Part shown: one piece after another, positions 58,779 through 64,000 of the stretch
Numbering within the stretch: position 1 is the stretch's first letter
Layout: every line of letters begins with the position of its first letter
Origin: an uncultured Verrucomicrobiae bacterium
GTDB taxonomy: Bacteria; Verrucomicrobiota; Verrucomicrobiia; Chthoniobacterales; Chthoniobacteraceae
Direction of reading: 5' to 3'
Length of the DNA: 64,000 nucleotides
NCBI GenBank assembly: GCA_963836755.1
Contig: CAWIKF010000001.1
Coordinates: 712,268 to 776,267, forward strand
Position numbers and translations under genes: made by a program
Notes under the pieces: model-generated
What the model was told of the DNA's origin: nothing
The model's input: only the letters and a program-made list of their open reading frames with translations
Databases searched by the model: none

Positions 58779-60389
58779 GTGAGCACGCTCGATCAAGATC
58801 AACTCCAGCTCGCCCTCAATTCCGCCGGGATGGGCGCGTGGGAATGGGACATCACTGGCAATGCGGTGCGCTGGGATGACGTGATGCATCAGCTCTTCGG
58901 AATCCCGCCCGGCTCGTTCGGCGGCCAGCAGCAGGATTTTTTAAAGATGCTCGCGATGGAGGACCGCGCGCGCGTGGCGCGTGAGATGCGCGCGGCGGTG
59001 CGGACGGATGGGGAGTTTGACGGCGAGGCGCGTGTGGTCTGGCCTGCGGACCAGACGGTCCACATTTTGCGGATTCGCTCGAAGGCGCATTGCGATGAAA
59101 ACGGGACGCCGATCCGCGTCATCGGCGTCGCGTGGGATATCACTGAGCGCCGCCGCACGGAACGCGCGCTCGCGCAGGAGCGGAATTTGCTCACGAGCCT
59201 CATGGATAATTTGCCGGACGCGATTTATTTCAAAGATCGCGAAAGCCGTTTCCTCGCGGTTAATCGCTCGATGGCCGCGAGGTTTTCGCACGACGGACCG
59301 CTTTCCATGGTCGGCAAAACCGACTTCGATTTTTTTACGCCCGAGCACGCGGAGCAGGCGCTCGACGATGAGCGCCGCATCCTGACCACCGGCGAGCCGA
59401 TCATCGGCATGGAGGAAAAAGAAACGTGGACCGACGGCCGCGTCACATGGGCTTCCACGACGAAAATGCCGCTGCGCGACCTCGAGGGAAAAATCACCGG
59501 CACGTTCGGTTTGTCGCGCGATGTGACTTCACGCAAGCAGGCCGAAGCGCAGCTGAAAAAAGTCGCCGAGGAGCTGCGGCTCAAAAATGAAACGCTCGAG
59601 CAGGACTTGGAAATGGCGCGCGAGCTGCAAAGCGCGATGCTGCCGCAGCATTATCCCGAGTTTCTCCACAACTCCGCTGCCAACGGCGACAGCGCCGTCC
59701 ACTTTTACCATTTCTATCATCCGTCGATGGCGGTTAGTGGCGACTTTTTTGACGTGTTGAAAATTTCCGATGATGCCGCCGGACTTTTCATTTGCGACGT
59801 GATGGGCCACGGCGTCCGCGCCGCGCTCGTCGCCGCGACGATTCGCGCCTTTGTGAGCGAAATGCGTTACACGTGGAATGATCCGGCCGAGTTCCTCGCG
59901 CAGCTTAACCGCGCGCTCCGCGAGACTTTTCAGAACACCGGCACGCCGCTTTTCGCGTCCGCATTTTATGTCGTCGCCGATCTCGGCCGCGGCGAACTCC
60001 GCTATGCGAACGCCGGGCATCCGCACCCGCTGCGTGTGCATCACTCGGTGAATGCCGCGCGCCCTTCCTCGCTCAACGGCTGCAAGCCTGGGCCGGCGCT
60101 TGGGTTGTTTGACGATGCGCGATACATCCGTTGTCACGCGCCTCTCGCGCCACACGATGTGGTGCTGCTGTTTACCGACGGACTTTTCGAGGTCGAGGGC
60201 AGTAACGGCGAGCTTTACGATTATAAGCGGTTGTTGCACGCGGTGAAAAACCGCAGCGAACTTTCCACTGTCGATTTGTGTCGCGGCGTCATCGCCGAAG
60301 TGCAGCAATTTTCCGCGAATCAGGAATTTTCCGACGATGTCTGCCTCGTCGCGATGGAAATCGACCGGCTCGCAAACGGCGCCCACTAA
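58779..60389 (+). CDS. PAS/PAC-PP2C (SpoIIE/RsbU-like) phosphatase
   Basis: Two PAS domains; SGDFFD, DVMGHG, NAGH, FTDG, DD. Confidence 0.92.
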   Translation: MSTLDQDQLQLALNSAGMGAWEWDITGNAVRWDDVMHQLFGIPPGSFGGQQQDFLKMLAMEDRARVAREMRAAVRTDGEFDGEARVVWPADQTVHILRIRSKAHCDENGTPIRVIGVAWDITERRRTERALAQERNLLTSLMDNLPDAIYFKDRESRFLAVNRSMAARFSHDGPLSMVGKTDFDFFTPEHAEQALDDERRILTTGEPIIGMEEKETWTDGRVTWASTTKMPLRDLEGKITGTFGLSRDVTSRKQAEAQLKKVAEELRLKNETLEQDLEMARELQSAMLPQHYPEFLHNSAANGDSAVHFYHFYHPSMAVSGDFFDVLKISDDAAGLFICDVMGHGVRAALVAATIRAFVSEMRYTWNDPAEFLAQLNRALRETFQNTGTPLFASAFYVVADLGRGELRYANAGHPHPLRVHHSVNAARPSSLNGCKPGPALGLFDDARYIRCHAPLAPHDVVLLFTDGLFEVEGSNGELYDYKRLLHAVKNRSELSTVDLCRGVIAEVQQFSANQEFSDDVCLVAMEIDRLANGAH

Positions 60390-60443
60390 GCAGGTCCACC
60401 GTATTCGCAAGTCCGACTCGCGTCAGCGTTTCGTTTCACTAGC

Positions 60444-62108
60444 GTGGGAATTTCGCTCCAGCCGCAACACCTCAAGCGCTACAAGGATATCGCGCTACTT
60501 TTTGCAAAATACGGGCACGGCGATTTGCTGCGCGGCTCCGGATTATTTGACGACACGCTGCCGCATCACGCCGCGCCGCCGGTGCCGCCAAAGGCCGAGG
60601 AGCTCGCGGCGGATCTGGAAAAACTCGGGCCGACTTTTGTCAAGCTCGGTCAGCTCCTTTCCACGCGCGCGGATTTTCTCCCGCCCGCTTACATGCAGGC
60701 GCTCACGCGGCTGCAGGACAAAGTCGAGCCGTTTCCATTTTCCGAAGTCGAAGCGATCATTCCCGTCGAAATTGGCGCGCGCATTTCAAAGGCGTTCTCG
60801 CATTTTGAAACCGAGCCGATGGCCGCGGCGTCGCTAGGGCAGGTGCATCGCGCGGCACTGCGCAGCGGTCACGCGGTCGCGGTCAAGGTGCAGCGGCCGG
60901 GCATTCGCGAAAAAATGATGGAGGATCTCGACGCGCTCCACGAGATCGCGGAGATGCTCGACGCGCACACCGCGATCGGCGAGCGCTTTGAATTCGCCGG
61001 CCTCATCGAGCAGTTTCGCAAAAGTCTCTTGGCCGAACTCGATTATCGGCAGGAGGCGCAAAATTTAAAATTGCTCGGCGAAAAGTTGCGGCCTTTCGAC
61101 CGGCTCGTCGTGCCGCGGCCGATCGATGATTACACCACTTCGCGCGTGCTCACGATGGATTATGTGCCGGGCAAAAAAATCACATCGCTCAGCCCGCTCA
61201 CACGGCTCGATCTCGATGGCGGCGCGCTAGCGGAGCAGGTTTTCAAGGCGTATTTGCAGCAAATCCTCGTTGACGGTTTTTTCCACGCCGATCCGCATCC
61301 GGGAAATATTTTCCTCACCGACGACCGACGCATTGCGCTGATCGATCTTGGCATGGTCGGCAGAATCGCGCCGCAGATGCAGGAAAATTTACTGCAACTT
61401 TTGCTCGCGATCAGCGAAGGCCGCAGCGACGACGCGGCTTTGGCTGCGATCAAAATCGGCGAGCCGCGCCAGGATTTTGACGAGCCGGAATTTCGGCGGC
61501 GTCTCGGCGAAGTCGTCATCCGCCAAAAAGATGCCACCGTGGAAAACATGCAGGTCGGCACGGTCGTGCTCGAGGTGACCACGATCGCCGCGGAATGCTG
61601 CATCCGCGTGCCTCCGGAGCTGTCGATGCTCGGAAAAACTTTGCTCAATCTCGATCTCGTCGGCCGCACGCTCGAGCCCGACTTTGACGCCAACGCCTCG
61701 ATCCGGCGGAACGCCGCGGAGATTTTGCGCCAGCGGCTGACTCACTCCCTTTCCGCCGGAAATATTTTCAGCGGCCTGCTTGAGATGAAAGATCTCGTCC
61801 AGCGCCTGCCGGAGCGGATCAACCGCATCCTCGACGCGGTGGCGAACAATAATTTGCGCGTGAAGGTGGACACGATCGACGAGGAAGTCTTCATGAGCGG
61901 GCTGCAAAAAATCGCCAACCGCATCACCATCGGACTCGTCATCGCGGCGCTGATCATCGGCGCGGCTTTGTTGATGCGGGTTCCGACACACTTCCGCATT
62001 TTCGGCTATCCCGGTTTCGCGATGATTTGTTTCGTCGGCGCAGCCGGTGCGGGTGTTGTGCTGGTGTTTAACATTTTGCGAAGCGACAAGACGCCGAAAA
62101 AGAAATAG
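60444..62108 (+). CDS. ABC1/AarF/UbiB family kinase
   Basis: LGPTFVKLGQ, AASLGQVH, AVKVQRP, FHADPHPGN, DLGM. Confidence 0.92.
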   Translation: MGISLQPQHLKRYKDIALLFAKYGHGDLLRGSGLFDDTLPHHAAPPVPPKAEELAADLEKLGPTFVKLGQLLSTRADFLPPAYMQALTRLQDKVEPFPFSEVEAIIPVEIGARISKAFSHFETEPMAAASLGQVHRAALRSGHAVAVKVQRPGIREKMMEDLDALHEIAEMLDAHTAIGERFEFAGLIEQFRKSLLAELDYRQEAQNLKLLGEKLRPFDRLVVPRPIDDYTTSRVLTMDYVPGKKITSLSPLTRLDLDGGALAEQVFKAYLQQILVDGFFHADPHPGNIFLTDDRRIALIDLGMVGRIAPQMQENLLQLLLAISEGRSDDAALAAIKIGEPRQDFDEPEFRRRLGEVVIRQKDATVENMQVGTVVLEVTTIAAECCIRVPPELSMLGKTLLNLDLVGRTLEPDFDANASIRRNAAEILRQRLTHSLSAGNIFSGLLEMKDLVQRLPERINRILDAVANNNLRVKVDTIDEEVFMSGLQKIANRITIGLVIAALIIGAALLMRVPTHFRIFGYPGFAMICFVGAAGAGVVLVFNILRSDKTPKKK

Positions 62109-62168
62109 ATGCCAACACTGATGCCACTGGAGGTTGCGCGGCAACGCTTCCTCCGTTAAATACGCCCG

Positions 62169-63284
62169 ATGTTGCGCCCGATTTTTGCCTTCGCTTTTTT
62201 CCTCTCGTCACTCGCGTTGTGCGCCGATGCGCCGCCGCCGCACATCCGGCTCGTTCCTTATCTCACGGGCTTCACGAAGCCGCTCGCGTGCGTGGACGAC
62301 GGCAGCGGGCGGATGTTCATCGTCGAGCAGGCGGGCCGCATCCGCGTTGCGCACGATGGAATGCTCGAGCCGGCGCCGTTTCTGGACATCTCGGACATTG
62401 TTTATTCGCGCGACAACGAGACGGGATTGCTCGGGCTCGCGTTTCATCCGCAATTTAAAAACAACGGGCGCTTCTTTCTTAATTACACCACCAAGATCAA
62501 CGGCAAACTTGAGTCGCACATCATGGAGTTCAAAGCCGACCCGCGCTCGAACCAAGCCGATCCGAAGCCGGTGCGCGAGATTTTACACATCGATCAGCCG
62601 TTCTCAAACCACAACGGCGGCAACCTCGAATTCGGACCCGATGGAATGCTCTACGCCGGATTTGGCGACGGCGGCTCGGGCGGCGACCCGCTGCAAAATG
62701 GGCAGAATCTCGGGGTGCTGCTCGGGAAAATGTTGCGCCTTGATGTCGATCACGGCGACCCGTATGGGATCCCGAAAGACAATCCGTTCGTCAACCGTAG
62801 CGGCGCGCGTCCGGAAATTTTTGCTTACGGCCTGCGAAATCCGTGGCGTTTTTCCTTTGATCGCAAAACGGGACAATTGTGGTGTGGCGATGTCGGCCAG
62901 AATATTTGGGAGGAAGTGGACATCATCGAGAGCGGGAAAAACTACGGCTGGAGCGCGCGCGAAGGCACGCATGATTTCAAGCCGGAGCGCGCCGCCGGGC
63001 CGCTCACGGAGCCGATCAAAGACTACAGCCACAAAGTCGGGCAGTGCGTCGTCGGCGGCTATGTTTATCGCGGGAAGCAAATGCCGGAGCTCGAGGGCGT
63101 CTACATTTACGCCGATTATCAAAACGGAAAAATCTTCGCGCTGAAATGGGACGGCCACGCGCTGACGCTCGACACGATGCTGATGCAGGCGCCGTTTAAC
63201 ATCAGCTCATTCGGCGAAGACAAGGACGGCGAGCTTTACGTCTGCGATCAGCGCAACGGCCGGATTCTGCGAGTTGCTCAGTAG
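62169..63284 (+). CDS. PQQ-dependent sugar dehydrogenase (GSDH family)
   Basis: GLLGLAFHP, NHNGG..FGPDG, GLRNPWRFSFD, DVGQ. Confidence 0.9.
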   Translation: MLRPIFAFAFFLSSLALCADAPPPHIRLVPYLTGFTKPLACVDDGSGRMFIVEQAGRIRVAHDGMLEPAPFLDISDIVYSRDNETGLLGLAFHPQFKNNGRFFLNYTTKINGKLESHIMEFKADPRSNQADPKPVREILHIDQPFSNHNGGNLEFGPDGMLYAGFGDGGSGGDPLQNGQNLGVLLGKMLRLDVDHGDPYGIPKDNPFVNRSGARPEIFAYGLRNPWRFSFDRKTGQLWCGDVGQNIWEEVDIIESGKNYGWSAREGTHDFKPERAAGPLTEPIKDYSHKVGQCVVGGYVYRGKQMPELEGVYIYADYQNGKIFALKWDGHALTLDTMLMQAPFNISSFGEDKDGELYVCDQRNGRILRVAQ

Positions 63285-63307
63285 TGGCTGAACGTTGAAT
63301 TGAATCC

Positions 63308-64000
63308 ATGCAAGTCAGGATTCAGTTCTGGATCGCGTTCAACGCAATCGTCCTGTTGCTGCTCGCGCTCGATCTTTTTGTTTTTCATCGCAAAGTGCGG
63401 ACCGTTTCCTTCCGCGACGCGGCGGTGTGGAGCGCCGTCTGGGTTTGTCTTTCGCTGGCGTTCAACGGCCTCGTCTGGCGCGCGATGGGACACGAAAAAG
63501 CGCTGGAATTTTTCACCGGCTACGTCATCGAATATTCGCTGAGCGTCGATAACATCTTCCTCTTCATCGTTATTTTCTCGGCGTTCAAAGTGCCGGCCGA
63601 ATATCAGCACCGCGTGCTGCTCTGGGGAATCATCGGCGCGCTCGCGCTGCGCGGCTTAATGATCGCGCTCGGTATCAAGCTGGTGACCTCGTTTTCGTGG
63701 ATGCTCTACATTTTCGGCGCGTTGCTCGTCGTCACCGGCGTGCGGATGTTTTTTAAAAAAGAAGCAAAACCCGAGGCGGAAAATTTCGTGGTGCGGCTAT
63801 GCCGAAAGTGGCTGCGGGTGACGCCGCACTACCATGGCGCAAAATTTTTCGTCCGCTTGAATGGCGCGTGGGCGCTCACGCCGCTCGCGCTCGTGCTCGT
63901 CATCGTCGATATCATGGACTTGATTTTTGCGATCGATTCAATCCCGGCGATCTTTGCTGTCACGACCGATGCATTCATCGTCTACACCTCAAATGTCTGC
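63308..64000 (+). CDS. TerC/Alx family membrane protein (runs off the window end)
   Basis: EYSLSVDNIF, QHRVLLWG, DLIFAIDSIPA; absent from the ORF track because it has no stop in the window. Confidence 0.9.
   Translation, partial: MQVRIQFWIAFNAIVLLLLALDLFVFHRKVRTVSFRDAAVWSAVWVCLSLAFNGLVWRAMGHEKALEFFTGYVIEYSLSVDNIFLFIVIFSAFKVPAEYQHRVLLWGIIGALALRGLMIALGIKLVTSFSWMLYIFGALLVVTGVRMFFKKEAKPEAENFVVRLCRKWLRVTPHYHGAKFFVRLNGAWALTPLALVLVIVDIMDLIFAIDSIPAIFAVTTDAFIVYTSNVC

Overview
This 64-kb window is GC-rich bacterial chromosome, most likely Verrucomicrobiota (Chthoniobacterales-like), judged from the Verru_Chthon pilin-like cassette and an LpxL-WaaF fusion. Housekeeping blocks include an MCP, a CbiX/DR2241/amidohydrolase/Dac operon, modAB, secG, oppA, frr, pyrH, tRNA-Arg(TCT), malQ, a PAS-SpoIIE phosphatase, a UbiB kinase and TerC. 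Three accessory stretches interrupt them. (1) A visibly lower-GC block at ~10.5-20 kb carries rhamnose-type uptake/oxidation genes and a Verru_Chthon cassette. (2) A block at ~29.9-36 kb starts with a 21-bp-period repeat array in front of a disrupted hypothetical gene. (3) A ~19-kb co-oriented cluster at 39.6-58.5 kb encodes proteases, wall hydrolases, lipoproteins, a duplicated membrane protein and a 1159-aa putative pore-former. The most striking unexplained structure occurs twice: a degenerate 21-bp-phased array sits 50-90 bp upstream of an uncharacterised gene. One array is built of 18-bp palindromes, and its gene is followed by an orphan homologous C-terminal cassette. Several single-base frameshifts suggest residual long-read errors. 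All calls come from reading motifs by eye; no searches were run.
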